64,000 nucleotides of DNA from the human T2T-CHM13v2.0 reference genome, Homo sapiens: the NCBI RefSeq assembly GCF_009914755.1, contig NC_060926.1; one strand, 5' to 3'. Below, piece after piece: positions 1 to 18,195 of this stretch (position 1 is its first letter; every line of letters starts with the position of its first letter). Made by a program: the position numbers and the translations under genes. The notes below the pieces were generated by a model. The model was not told where the DNA came from, did no database searches, and worked only from the letters and a program-made list of their open reading frames with translations.

Positions 1-477
1 TAAAAATGTGTGGCTAAATACTTTTCTTTCCTAGTAGTTTGGAAAATTAACAGTAGTTTTAGGCTTCAAAGTTCTCTTTTGCAGAGCAGCAAATTAAATA
101 ATTGAATAAAAATATTAATTTTCATGTATGTTATCTTAGCCAAGTAGGGAAAAAAAGCATAACACATTCCAGCAAGAAATGACATTACAAAAATCTGCTT
201 TGTAAAGTCCCATGTTGAAAGGTCAGTATTAATCACAATTAATGACACTTCTTCAGAACAGAATAATGTTAACAATGTAAGTCCTTAAGCAAAATTTAGA
301 TCCCAGCAATATTAAACAAAAATAATTTTAGGGCTTGACCTGGTCCTGAGAGATTATTTTTGCAATGGTGTTTAAAGGTAGTAATAAACACTCTCCTCCA
401 AGAGGGAAGCAAAGCTCGAAACACTCAAACAAAACTTAAATTAGCGAATGATTAACATGTAAATGTGGTGATTTAAT

Positions 478-600
478 GATTCATTTGTTCATTCAACAAA
501 TATTTACTGAGTGTATATCCTATGCCAAGCCCTATTCTAGGGATTTCCCCTATAGCAGAGAAAAACACACAGCAGATAAGACATCATAACCTTCTCAGCA
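478..600 (-). mobile_element. L2 LINE 3' end fragment
   Basis: TCATTCAACAAATATTTACTGAG motif, the reverse complement of the L2 3' terminus. Confidence 0.6.
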
Positions 601-2257
601 TAAGTTTTAGGGTCTAAACAATTTTTTTACTCTTCCTCAGATATTATTATTATATTTTCTTCTTTAATCCCGAGCTTCATATAAACACTAATGTTTAGAT
701 TTATCATTTACTCCCTTTTTTGCCTTGTTATGTGTTCAATATTACATGTTCTGCCGATGAACTGAAATGCTGTCTGAAATTATTTCTTAAAGTACATTTT
801 CTTTAATGATTTCTACCTGTATATCTTCAATAATATCCTGGCAGCTACCTTAGGATGGAATTCTGTATATTGGTGTCCTGTGAACTCACAGGTGAGAAGA
901 CATAATAATATTTTCCTGCAAAATACTTATAGCTAGTAATCATTCATAGCTTGTAAAGAGAAGGTGCAAGAGAGAAGCCAGGCAGGCATTATACATTTTT
1001 AGGTACAAGGTGGAGTCTAAAATATCACAAGAAGGAAAACAGATACTTAAAACAAAAGCTAATATTTAAGGCAAAATGGGTAAAGAGAAATGGCTCTGTA
1101 TATAAATGACAAGATTAGAGAGTCCATACTTGAATGGTTAGGAGACAAAAGTAAGAAATTAAGTATTAATAGAAAACAGAATTGGGTCGTCCTTGTTAAG
1201 TAGGTTAAAAACAGCATTAAGAAACAGGACAAAATGTGGCCTTAGATTGTCTGAGATCAGAAGAAACACAAGCAGAGAATTTAAGTGATCATGGATCACC
1301 GGCTGAGTTATGGGGTTTGTTAGTATATGAAACCTTAAGAAGTTTTATCTTTATCTTATCAAAGCAGAAATTTCTATGTATATATAACACCTTCAAGTGG
1401 AAGGACCAGGTCTATCCACCTTTATGTCATTAGAGTCATGTCTGAATGTAAGGATGTGTTTTCCAGTTGGATTAATGACTCAGTACTGGGTCAGTGTTAG
1501 TATTCTCAAAACAGATAAGGTAAGTCAGATAGTGATGGGAAGATTTTTCTGTGTTTAATGGCTTGGTTTTATCTCCCTTTTATGTATTCCTCTCACTCCA
1601 TCTGGTATGAAGTGAGGTACTAACAATGGAGGCTCTAATCTAAGACAAAGTGCCTGTTTTTACAATCTAAAAAGAATATTTAAGTGTGCATCTAATACTT
1701 CTATGCTTTGGTATGTCTTTGGTATTTTCTAATATGTATGACTTCAGACATCATTACGTCTACTAAAGATTTATACCTTCTCTACACTCCAGCTAGTGTT
1801 TGAAAGACAGAGTTAAAGACATAAAATGGATGGGAATGTCCTATAGAGGAAATTTCTTCCTTATTGATAGAAAAAGTGCAGGGAAAATAAAGTCTTATTT
1901 TGCAAACAGGAAACAAAAAAGTGTGTAGACTTTTAGTATCTTAAATCAATGTTGGCACACAGTGTAAGAATGTTTCAGATTTTTATATATCAGTTAGCTT
2001 CATGTGATAATTATATGTTAGATAACAGAAAATTTATGAGAAATTTTATAGCCACTTCAAGATCATAGAGAAAATTAAAACTTATTTGAAAGCGTGATGC
2101 TCTTAAAGGTACAAGAGTTCCAGGAAATTTGAAAAATTAGACTATTAATAATCTCAAATACCTGAGAGAAAAGATTAAGGACTCAATTGAAAATAAATGT
2201 TTATTTTAATGCTGTCAAGCTTTATATTGTAACTTCTTGTTTTCTTTTCTGCTTGCA

Positions 2258-2380
2258 CTACTAGATTGAAGTTTTCTTGAAAGAAGGGCTCTCTCTTATC
2301 GTTTATCAATCTGTTCTCAGAATCAGCCCAATGCCTGGCTCATATTAGGCGCACAAAAAATATTTGTTGAATTAATAAAA
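2258..2380 (+). mobile_element. L2 LINE 3' end fragment
   Basis: CTAGATTG...TGCCTGGC...AAATATTTGTTGAATTAATAAA, typical L2 tail. Confidence 0.55.
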
Positions 2381-2706
2381 GTGTAGAGGAATAAATGGAA
2401 GCTTTAAAAACCATTTGAACTGCTAAGAGCTTTCCATTGCAAAATGAGTGAAAATGCCATTCATAGTGAAGACATTTTCTCACCAAACAGCACACTAAGT
2501 CTTTGACTAGCTAAATTTATTGTTAATTGATTAAAATAAATTATTTGAAAAACCAAAGCTATATTGATCAGTTTTTTTCCTTTGTCTGAGGGTATGGATT
2601 TCCCTAAAATTTATTTTTCCTTGTGTTTTCTTAATTTATTTTCAAATAGATATTAATAACAATTCTTACTGTTATTTAAAAAACACAGTAAAAAGTTGTA
2701 TTTTAA

Positions 2707-3093
<387 letters not shown>

Positions 3094-4129
3094 TAAAAGT
3101 GATTTTAGATCAATGCTTTTGAGGTTAATCCCATAATTCACTAGACTGTATTGTGAAGTCTATTGTGGTTTCATAGTTCGCAAAACTTTGAGAAAATAAC
3201 CAAAAATAACAGCTGCTTATTCTTACATTAAATATTTATCTATAATATTTATTATGTACAATATAAAATTTTAATCTTAAGTTTGGATGTTCATTATAAT
3301 AATCACCACAATAAATATTTTTATTCATCTAGAATGTAGATGTGTCTGGAAAAGAAAAATCTAAGAAACTCTTCTGTAAATAATTATCAAATAAAATGTC
3401 ATTTAAACACTTGATCAAATCTATGAAAATACATTTCTGAGAATAATCATTTAATTTTTTTCTTATGTTTGTAGGAGGTAATGAGTGAATATTTTATTAC
3501 CAATATGTGTCTTCATAAAATAATCTTGACTATGTATAGAAAGAGCTAAACATAGATTGACTCAATCTCTTTATAACACATCTGTTTGACTTGACAAGGG
3601 AAACTGTTGAATGGATAGAGTATAACATACAAGGCCACTTATGACCCATCTGTTTTCTTATACTGTTCAAAGTAGACACAGATCTCACATCATAAATAAT
3701 CAGTGCAGTATGTTTTCCACAAAAGCCTGAAACACAAGTCTATTTCTGGAGTTATAAGGATGTGTGAAGATGTCATCATTTAATTGCTTTCCTTTGCATA
3801 ATAAAGTTGATAGCCTCAAATAAGGTGACCAATTTTCTACTATTAACCTTGCCCCGTTTGCTTTCATGGAATGGAAATTTGACATTCAAAATCTTTAGTC
3901 TAGTTATTTGCTCAGGCTCATTAAATCAGAGATGAAAGACATTGTGTCAATTCCAGAACTTGATTTATGAGACATGAAAACTTAAAACAAGAAAATGAGC
4001 CATGTAGTCATTTTGGCATTTCGCTATCAGTGCTTCCAGCCATTGGCTGCATTAGTGAAAGCATTTTTTAGACATGGGATAAAACTGCATTACACTACAC
4101 ACTCCTACACATACACAAACACACAGATA

Positions 4130-4347
4130 TAAATGCATGAAAGAATGGTGAAACTGAATTATGTCCTATAGTCTAGTTAACAATATTGTGCCATTGTTAA
4201 TTTCCTGTTGCTATTGTTCTATAATTATACAAGATGCATCACTAGGTGAAGCTGGGTGAAGGGTACATGGTTCTCTGTGTACTGTTTTTATTTTTTTCAT
4301 GTTCTAATGTGTTTACAATTATTTCAAAATAAAAAGTTAAAAAAAAG
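4130..4347 (+). mobile_element. Old L1M 3' end fragment
   Basis: GGGTGAAGGGTACATGG...CTCTGTGTACT...TTATTTCAAAATAAAAAGTT resembles L1MC/ME 3' UTR ends. Confidence 0.55.
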
Positions 4348-4349
4348 GC

Positions 4350-4515
4350 TAAAGAAAGTGGGAGCCTATTTGATGAAAATGGCCCTAGGTTAAGAATCAG
4401 AAATCCATAAAACTTTGGGCAAGTCACGTAACCTCAGGTTTAGGTTTCATTCTCTGTAAAATTCTGGTGGATGGACTAAAGGATTGGCAGGGATACTTTT
4501 AGCTTATGATTAGGA
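4350..4515 (+). mobile_element. MIR SINE fragment
   Basis: ACTTTGGGCAAGTCAC..AACCTC...TTTC...CTGTAAAAT core. Confidence 0.55.
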
Positions 4516-4989
4516 TACCGATTTGAAAGATGGAATTGGTGAACATTTTTCTGATCCAGAAAACATTTTTCAGCAGATCAAAAGTTTTCATAAAATAATT
4601 TTCTAAAGGTAAAACATTTGAAATAAAATGCTGTAAATATATAGTGATTCCAATGTATATTTCATGAGCTTTCCCCATATTTGCTATGTAGTTGAAAATG
4701 TGTATGAATGTGCTTATTGGCTATGTTTGCCTTTGTAGTTTAATAACATAGGTAGCCTGTTAAAGTTGTGGCCATATATTATTAAAATTACATGTGATTA
4801 GAGAAAATTCACTAACCAGGTTTTAGTCTGTATATATATGTAAGACTTGAAAAACATGTATGGATCAAAAACAAACCCTGCATGCTTTTCAAAATTCAAT
4901 GTTTAATTTTTAGAATAAAAATTTTTCCATCATTTATTTTTAAAAGTTACTTTTGGAAATAATAATGCTCTTATATCATGTTCTGACTG

Positions 4990-5180
4990 TCATCAACTTT
5001 ATGTACATTGTGTCATTCAATCCTCATTACAAAATATGAAATACACTTTATTATTCCCTGAAGAAGTGGAGAAGCAAATAAAGTTTAAGTCCTGTGACTA
5101 AGATCTCACAGCTGGTAAATGGTAATACTGAGAAGTCTTCTCTGACTTTGAAGGCAGTGTTTTTTCCACTGTACCACTTT
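4990..5180 (-). mobile_element. MIR SINE fragment
   Basis: TCATTCAATCCTCA...AAGATCTCACAGCTGGTAAATGG...CTGACTTTGAAG reverse MIR core. Confidence 0.55.
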
Positions 5181-5229
5181 GTCTCTGAGAATGGATTTGT
5201 TTGGCAATTACCATCAACAGGGTTTCTCC

Positions 5230-5480
5230 TGTTTCCACAAGCAAGTCGTATTTGTAGCCAGTGGGAAGAAGAGAAAAGAACAAAAGCACATGCCCCTTTT
5301 TTATAAGCACATGAATGACTTCTGTTCCCATCCCATTTGTCAGAACTTAGTTTTGCAGATTATCCTGGGGAGGTTTGGGAATGCTGATTTTAAACTAGGC
5401 AGCCATGTGCTCAGCTAAAATTTACAGATTTTACTAATAAATAAAGGGAAGAATAGATATTAGGAAAACAAGGCAACCAG
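5230..5480. mobile_element. MLT1 (MaLR) LTR fragment
   Basis: GGCAGCCATGTGCTCAGCTAAAA and CCCATT..CAGAACTTAG motifs resemble old MLT1 LTRs. Confidence 0.45.
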
Positions 5481-5582
5481 GAGTCTTTTCTTCTCTGAGT
5501 TTTGGTACTCTGTGACCTTGGACAAATTTCTGATCTTATCTGAGCCTCAGTTTTGACCTGTGCGAAATGAGGATAATAGTAT

Positions 5583-7482
<1,900 letters not shown>

Positions 7483-7629
7483 ACAACGCCCATGGCTTAT
7501 ATACAGTGAGAAGAATGAGGCTAATGCTGATTTATTCACTGACTTGGGTCCTATAAGTAAAGTAGTCAAATCACCCTTGAAATCTCTTAAATCACTAGGC
7601 CCTGTGCCCAAGACTCCCCCAAACCAAGA

Positions 7630-8300
7630 ATAGTACTAATTTTAGACCAGTGTAACAGAGACCCTACCTAGGAACCCGTGGTTCAGAGGGCTCCACTGTG
7701 GCCCTCCTCCAGTCAAACCTACCAGGGGTGAAGAGTCAGTCAGGCCCAAAGGATGTGTCCATCTGGACCTTGTACACCCCTGACCCCAACCTCTAGACTA
7801 ATCTCAGGGGATGAGAAACTCTCAATTCTCTGTACAAATGGCCTGAGCCCACTTCCAAGGCCTGAATAGGCCTCTTCCCCAGGTCCAACTTTCCAAAGGG
7901 AGGTCACACCACCAGTGTGGGCCCCTCAGATCAAGCGGTGACAAAAGGCAGCTGTTTGGTAATGTGAAAGGAGCTTGGACGTGTGAGCTGGGTGGCCCAT
8001 GCTTCTACACGAAGCCCCTTGCCATGCAGACAGAGCCAGCAGTGGGAAGTGAGGAGGGTGGCCTATAGAGCTTGAGCCAGCTCTCCTGGTGCTGCTCACA
8101 CTGCAGTAGAACTCTGAGGAGCCTGAGTCCTTTGACTTTGACCTGGTCTTTCACCCCATCTCATAGGAATATTTGTCACGGCAGGAGGACAGAATATATT
8201 TCTCTGTTAGCTTGATTTATAACTTGTACATGTTTAAACATGTTAAGTGTGGATGTCCATTTGTACTCTAGCCCAGGATCCCACACATGACAGGAGGCCT
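7630..8300. mobile_element. MER45-like hAT DNA transposon remnant
   Basis: Right end CCATTTGTACTCTAGCCCAGG..CCCACACATG resembles a MER45 terminus; left boundary uncertain. Confidence 0.4.
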
Positions 8301-8321
8301 GGCCAAGAACTAATTGTTATC

Positions 8322-8608
8322 TTTTGAGACTGAGCCTCGCTGTGTCACCCAGGCTGGTGTGCAGTGGTGTGATCTTGGTTTACTGCAACCTCCACTTCCC
8401 AGGTTCAAGCGACTCTCATGCTTCAGCCTCCTGAGTAGTTGGGACTACAGGCATACTCGACAACGCCCTGCTAATTTTTTGTATTTTCAGTAGAGATGGG
8501 GTTTCACCATGTTGGCCAGGCTGGTCTCGAACTCCTGCCTCAAGCGATTTGCCCTCCTTGGCCTCTCAAAGTGCTGGGATTGCAGGCATGAGCCACTGTG
8601 CCCAGCCT
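8322..8608 (-). mobile_element. Alu (Jb/S)
   Basis: Full dimer, reverse. Confidence 0.93.
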
Positions 8609-8699
8609 GATTTACATTTTAGTTTTGGTCTCTTTTTGCCTGAGTGTAAGGCCAACAGGTATCACTTGCGTAGGAGAGAAGGACAATGAGACAAAATGA

Positions 8700-8780
8700 G
8701 GCTGGGCACAGTGGCTCACGCCTGTCATCCCAGCACTTTGGGAGGCCCAGGTGGGCGGATCACTTGAGGTCAGAAGTTCG
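8700..8780 (+). mobile_element. Tailless 5' Alu fragment with 19-bp direct repeat
   Basis: First ~81 nt of Alu, flanked by GGACAATGAGACAAAATGA at 8681-8699 and 8781-8799. Confidence 0.9.
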
Positions 8781-8917
8781 GGACAATGAGACAAAATGAT
8801 TATTTTTTCATCCCCCTCTTCTTTTTAAAAATATATTTGTTTACTGTTTTTCCCAACATCTTTGGTTAAATTCATGAAGGTATAAAATTGTACAGATGAT
8901 GTGTTTCCTTTAGCTGA

Positions 8918-9268
<351 letters not shown>

Positions 9269-9440
9269 TCCATTGTCAAAATTTGATATGACAAAGGCGA
9301 CTCAGTTTTCTCTCCATGTCTGTTTTTTCTGTATCATAACTACTGTCTTCCGTTATCAGGCCTGAAAAGGCAGGTGCAGCCAAGAAATCAACACTAAGAA
9401 GGTTTTTTTGGATGCTGATATCAGCTAGTGGAAATCTTCA

Positions 9441-9850
<410 letters not shown>

Positions 9851-9862
9851 AAAAGCTACTGG

Positions 9863-10161
9863 GGACTGGGTGCGTGGCTCACACCTGTCATCCTAGCACT
9901 TTGGGAGGCTGAGGCAAGGAGGATCCCTTGAGCCCAGGAGTTCGAGTCCAGCCTGGGCATCATAGGGAGGCACTGTCTCTACAAAAAATAAAATAAAAGA
10001 ATTAGCCAGGTGTGGTGGTATATATGCCTGTGGTCCCAGCTACTTGGGAGGCTGAGGTGGGAGGATTGCTCAAGTCTGGGAGGTTGAGGCTGAGTGAGCC
10101 ATGATCTTGTCACTGCATTCCAGCCTGGGTGACAGAGTGAGTCCCTATCTCAAAAAAAAAA
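9863..10161 (+). mobile_element. AluJ
   Basis: Full dimer, J-type. Confidence 0.92.
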
Positions 10162-10765
10162 ATATTGTTTTTAAGCTATTGGATAGCTCACAGACTCTCC
10201 AGAGGCTAGAGAGCCAGATTTGGTGATGTTGCCATCAGGTCCAACACCCACATCACTCCACAGAGGGGACAATCCCAGTGCCCAGGTCACCAGGCAAGAA
10301 CAGATGCCTGCACTGCCAACAGTGGGCAGCCAACTTCACAGGAGAGCCACCATCTCCTTCTCACCTCACCCTGCAGCCTATGTGGGCCCAGCCCCTTCAT
10401 CATTCTCTAGCTTCTAACCCAAGGCAGATGCAGAAGGCTGCTGGGGCCCAGGCCACAGCCTGTCCCTCAGCTTAGAGGAGACCAGGAGAGGGAGTGGCAT
10501 TTTCACTTTAAGTAATGAGAGCACAGGTGTGCCTCATAAAGGAGGAGAGGCTTCAAAACACCTGCAAGGGAGTTCAGCTGCTGTGTGGCCAAAAAAAGAA
10601 TGACATGATAGATGTCTGCTCCCCGCGTTTCTTTTTTTTTTTCTGGAAGAATTGTGGAGTCCAGCCCTGCCACTACCTGCCTAGTCACCTTTACCAAGGT
10701 CAGGAATATCTCACATTCTGTTTCCTCATCTTTAGTATTACGGTATTTTAATACGATGCTTTCTA

Positions 10766-11070
10766 TTGTTAAAAGAAAAACTTCAGCCAAATTAAATTAA
10801 AAGGAGTTCAATTGAGCAATGAACAATTGCAATTTGGGCAGCCCCTAGAATCACAGCAGATTCAGAGAGACTCCAGGGGTGCCTTGTGGTCAGAACAAAT
10901 TTACAGACAAAAAAAGTAAAGTGATGTACAGAAATCGGAAGTGAGGTACAGAAACACCTGGGTTGGTTACAACTAGGCGTTTGCCTTATTTGAACACAGT
11001 TGAAAAACTCAGCAGTGTATGAGTGGTTGAAGTATGGCTTCTGGGATTGGTCAAGACTCAGTGATTGTCT
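10766..11070 (-). mobile_element. MER57-like ERV1 LTR (partial)
   Basis: TGTTAAAAGAAAAACTTCAGCC...GAATCACAGCAGATTCAGAGAGACTCC matches the MER57 pattern as recalled. Confidence 0.65.
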
Positions 11071-11119
11071 AATAGTAACAGAGTTAAAATAGACATGTTA
11101 TATATGCATATTATTTTAA

Positions 11120-11465
11120 AAAATGTTTTGGGGATATAATCTACATACCATAAAATCCACTTATATTAAGGGTATAATTCCATTATTTTGAATAAATTAC
11201 TTACTTGTGCAGCCATTGCATTTTCATCCATTAGAACATTTCCATCACCCCAAAAAATTTCCTCCTGCCCATTGATGGAATCCCCATTCCCACCCCTAGC
11301 CCCAGGCAAACACCAATCTACCGTCTGTCTCTATAGATTGGCCTTTTCTGGACTCTTCTTGCAAAGGGAACCATGTGTGGTATTTTGTGTCTGCCTTCTT
11401 TCTGTCACTCGGCATGATGTTTTTGAGGGTCATCCATGTTGTGGGATCAGTACTTTCTATTTGTC
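11120..11465 (-). mobile_element. Old L1M (L1MB/MC) 3' fragment
   Basis: AGAACATTTCCATCACCCC...CTATAGATT.GCCTTTTCTGGAC. Confidence 0.65.
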
Positions 11466-12148
11466 TGAAGAAGGAGTAGGTGTGGTAGAGAAGGCTTAGG
11501 CTTCAGAGACTATCACACTTGTGTTGCATCCACACCTGGAAACTCAGAATGTCAGTTCAGTTACTCCACACTCCCATACAAGAGAAACAGAATCCCTTTA
11601 CCTGGAATACAGATTTCTCCTCATTACTCTCTGGCATCTGCTTCCCCGGGGCTAGATTGAAAGGCAACTATACCTCAGCAATAGTGTCTCACCATCCAGG
11701 GACACAGATACAGGGCAAAACATCAGAACCTCACTGCGGCCCTCTGCTCCTCTCCTACTCAACACTTCATCACCCCTAATGACAAAGCAGCCACAGGTAT
11801 CCATCTGGAACCATTCTTTGTCTTTCCTCAGGCCAGTGTATCTGGATGTGCTAAAGAGCCCGGGGATAAACTCCCCCAACACAGGCAACTGGAGGGAGAT
11901 GGGAAGGCAGGAGAGGAAAGCGGCAGGATAATTCATAAATTAAACAGACAAGCAGAAGCAACAATACAGTTATAGCCCAAACAGCCACAGAGACACAAAC
12001 TTACTTAAGATATAGATACCTATATGCAGGCTCTCAAAGTTTTTATTTTCTTACCATTAAGTTTATTTACCCTGGCTGTTCTCATAGTGTATCAAATATT
12101 TACTCTGCTAAAAAATGATAAAAATAGAATTAAGAAAACATCATGATA

Positions 12149-12290
12149 GCCAGGCACACTGGTGTGTACTTGTAATCCCAGCTACTCAGGTGGCTGAGAC
12201 AGGAGGGTGATTTGAGGCCAGGACATCCAGTCTAGCTTGGGCAACATAGTGATACCCTGTATAAAAACAATTAAAATTAAAATTACAAAT
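12149..12290 (+). mobile_element. Alu monomer (FAM/FRAM-like)
   Basis: Single diverged Alu arm with A-rich tail. Confidence 0.75.
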
Positions 12291-12431
12291 TAAAAAGAAG
12301 ACATTTTGATATTGCAAAAAGCATTTAGACCCCGAGCTGAGGAAAACTGCCAGAGGGAGATGCTTCTGACATGCCCTATTCCAGTGGTCCCCAATCCTGG
12401 CTGCACATTAGAATCACCTAGGAAGCTGTTA

Positions 12432-12760
<329 letters not shown>

Positions 12761-12771
12761 AGTACAAATGT

Positions 12772-13077
12772 GGCCAGGCATGGGGGCTCAGTCTGTAATC
12801 CCAAAACTATGGGAGGCTGAGGCAGGAGAATCACTTAAGCCTGGGAATTTGAGATCAGCCTGGGCAACATAGTGAGACCCCCATCTCTAAAAAAAAAATT
12901 GTAATTAGCTGGGTGTAGTGGTGTGTGCCTGTAGTCTCAGCTCCTCCAGCTCCAGAGTCTGAGGTGGGAAGATCACCTGAACCTGGAAGGTCAAGGCTGC
13001 AGAGAGCTGTGATCATGCTACTGCACTCCAGCTTAGGTGACAGTGAAACCCTATCTCAAAAAAAAAAAAAAAAAAAA
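12772..13077 (+). mobile_element. AluJ
   Basis: Full dimer plus poly-A, within a split MER5-like element (~12380-12440 and ~13530-13850). Confidence 0.92.
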
Positions 13078-13111
13078 TGTACAAAGGCCCAGGCCCCTCC
13101 CCGCCCCGAAT

Positions 13112-13527
13112 TGTATTAGTTTCCTGTGTCTGTCACAACAAATTAACAAATTACAAAAAAAAAAAAAACAACCAAACTTGTTGGCTGAAACCACACTCAC
13201 TTCTGTACTTCTGTAGCAATTCTGGAGCCTAGAAGTCTAAAACCAAGGTGTCAGCAGCAGGGGCGAGTTCCTCACAAGGCTGTAAGGAAGAACTCTGCCT
13301 TGTCTCTTCCAGTTTCTGGTTGTTCCGATGTTCCTTGCCTTGTGACTGCATAGTTGCAATTTCTGCCTCCATCTTCATGTGACCTCTTCCTGTTCTTCAT
13401 GGGACTCCTCTGGGTATCTCTTACAAGGACACTTGTAGTTGGATTTAGAGCCATTGAGCTAATCTGTGATAATCTCATCTGAGATCTTTAATTATACCTG
13501 CAAATACCCTTTTTCCAAATAAGCTAA
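13112..13527 (-). mobile_element. MLT1C/D-like MaLR LTR
   Basis: TGTATTAGTTTCCT...AGAAGTC..AA.CAAGGTGTCAGCAG...CAACCCACTA. Confidence 0.75.
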
Positions 13528-13633
13528 ATTCATAGTTTATAGGATATGAACATATCTTTATGGAAATGACCGCTCAACCCACTATACATAACCAAGTAAA
13601 TCAAGAGACTATAGGGTGAAACCTGGGCATTAG

Positions 13634-13790
13634 CTTTTTTTTTTTTTTAAATACAGGGTCTCCCTCTGTTGTCCAGGCTGTAGTGTGAACACAGCTCATT
13701 GCAGCCTTGACCTCCTGGGTTCAAGTGATCCTTCTTCCTCGGCCTCCCAAAACGCTGGGATTACAGGTATGAGCCACCACGCCCCACCAG
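13634..13790 (-). mobile_element. Alu monomer or internally deleted AluJ
   Basis: About 150 bp of Alu sequence with T tail. Confidence 0.8.
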
Positions 13791-14072
13791 CATTCATATT
13801 TTTTAAAGGTCCTTGGGTGATTCCAAGGTTCAGCCAAAGTTGAGAATCACTGATCTACTTGAACTGCCATGTTGTGCCCAGCAGAGGTTCTGAGTACAAA
13901 CAGACAAGAAGCCCAAAAAAGAGACCAAAGGATGTTTCTGGCCCCTAAACACATGCAAAACTGAGATCAAGTGGACTGCCCCATCCCAAAGAGAAGAGGG
14001 CTGTGCTTGGAAACTGGGAATCCCCATGGAATAATGTAAGGAATGCCCAGTGGGATGGGAGAAGCTTCTAGG

Positions 14073-14363
14073 GTTTTTATTTGTTTCTTTGTGGTTTTTG
14101 ACGGGTCAAGTTCTCCTCTGTCACCCAGGCTTGAGTGTAGTGGCACGATCATGACTCACTGCAGCCTGAAACTCTTGGGCTCAAGCAATCCTCCCACCTT
14201 AGCCTCCTGAGTAGCTGGGACTAGGGAGCGTGGCACCACACCCAGCTAGGTTTCTTTTTAGAGATGGGGGCCTCATGATGTTGCCCAGGCTGGTCTCAAG
14301 CTCCTGGGCTCAATTGATCCTCCCACCTCAGCCTCCCGAAGTGTTGGGATTGCAGGCATGAGC
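14073..14363 (-). mobile_element. AluJ
   Basis: Diverged dimer, reverse. Confidence 0.9.
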
Positions 14364-14688
14364 AGTTTCTAGTTTTTAAGGTTTAGAATCTGTTCATAGG
14401 ACATAGTGTTGCTAAAGCTTAAGGAGAAAGCCTTGAAGTCAGATAAATCTGGTTTCAAATACCACCTCTGTCATTTTCTTGCTATGTGACCTTGGGCAAG
14501 CTACATAACCGCTCCACGTTTTAGTTGTCTTGTCTCTCAAAACAGGACAAGACAGCAGCTGCCCTGATATCTGTTACTGAAGATGTAGTTATCAATGGAA
14601 TTGAGAAATGATGACCCCAACTCCCAAGGTGTTGACTCTTCAGATACATAAATAAATGGAAAACAGTGAGAAGCAAGGTAAAGTGTAA

Positions 14689-15000
<312 letters not shown>

Positions 15001-15961
15001 TGCCTTCAATGATTTTTATCTGTAACAGCTAAAATGAAAGTAAAGGAGAGTGCTGGGGCAGATTCTGGTGCTTTGCCACGCTTGGACTTCAGCTGGTCAG
15101 AGCTACAGTTATTAGTCTCAGGACCATTCTCTAATGGAAAAATTGTGCCTGAACAACAGATAACAGTGTTACAAAGTCAGGATGGCAAGGCTGTGCAAAC
15201 CCAAGAAACTACTAAAGCAGAGGATATAATGTGAAGGAAGGTCTCATTTGTTGATCGATATCTGCAGCCTCCTGAGGAAGTTTTACCAAAATAGATTGTG
15301 AGAGTGACTGAGGAGCAGCCTTCTAGATTTTGAATGCTGCGGAGCAGAAGAGCATGTCTGGATTGCTGCAGGACCCACAGTTTATTATGAAACAATCAAA
15401 GATGCCTGTATGTGATCCCAACACATGGCAGGTTGCCTCTCAGGGGTCAGCTAGCCTGCTGGAATGGAGAAATGCCGCTGTAAAGTTTGTTTACCCTGAG
15501 AAGGTAAATAGACATTTCCCTTCTTTACATGCTAAGTGACCTCCCCAGATGAGGCAGCTGATTTGTCACATATCAAATCCAGGCTGGACTGGCTTTATAA
15601 TGATGAGGATGTTCATCCCCTCATATGTCCCTTACCCAGGTCATAGCACCTAGGTATTGATGCAGGTGAGCTCCCAAATTGGTGCTCAGCCCAGGAAAGT
15701 TCTTGGCTTCACACAGGAAAGAATTTGAGAGCGAACTGACACAGTAAAGTGAAAACAAATCAAGTTTATTAGACCAACAGAGTGCAAGAAAATGGCTGCT
15801 CCATAGACAGAGGAGGCCACCCCATAGGGAGCGCAGCACTAGAGTATCGCTGGCTAGCTGTGTTTATAGCTACTCCCTAATTATAAGCTAAATAAGCGGC
15901 AGGTTATTCACGAATTTTCTACAAAAGAGGTTGGGAGTTCCCAGGACTAAGGGTTCCTCCC

Positions 15962-17077
<1,116 letters not shown>

Positions 17078-17229
17078 CTAGGGCATCGCCATGACATTTG
17101 TAAACTGTCACAATTGCTGGTGGGACTGTCTTCTAGCATGCAAATGTATTACAGTTAGCGTATAATGAGCAGTGAGGGGAACTAGAGGTTGCTTTTGTTG
17201 CCAACTTGGTTTTAGATGGTTTTGGCTAG

Positions 17230-17541
<312 letters not shown>

Positions 17542-17857
17542 CTACTGCATCCTTTTTGATCAGATCCTGTTTCAATCAACTAGGTTGCGACTAGTGCTCA
17601 GAAAACAAGGCCTGCTAATCTCCTGCCTCAGTGTGATTACGTGAGTTCCTTTTGCACAGGAATCCCATGGAAACTTACTGCTGCAAAATCAAGCACAGTT
17701 CAAATCATATCAGATTGGTTATCTCAGCTTCCCCTCATGGGTCTTACAGATGCCAAGAAAATGATGCCCATTCACAAAAGAATGGGCAAAGTCAAAGGAA
17801 ATAGTCAAGAGACTTGTCCCAGCAGGGTGAAAACTTTCAAATATAAGAACTGGGATG

Positions 17858-18195
<338 letters not shown>

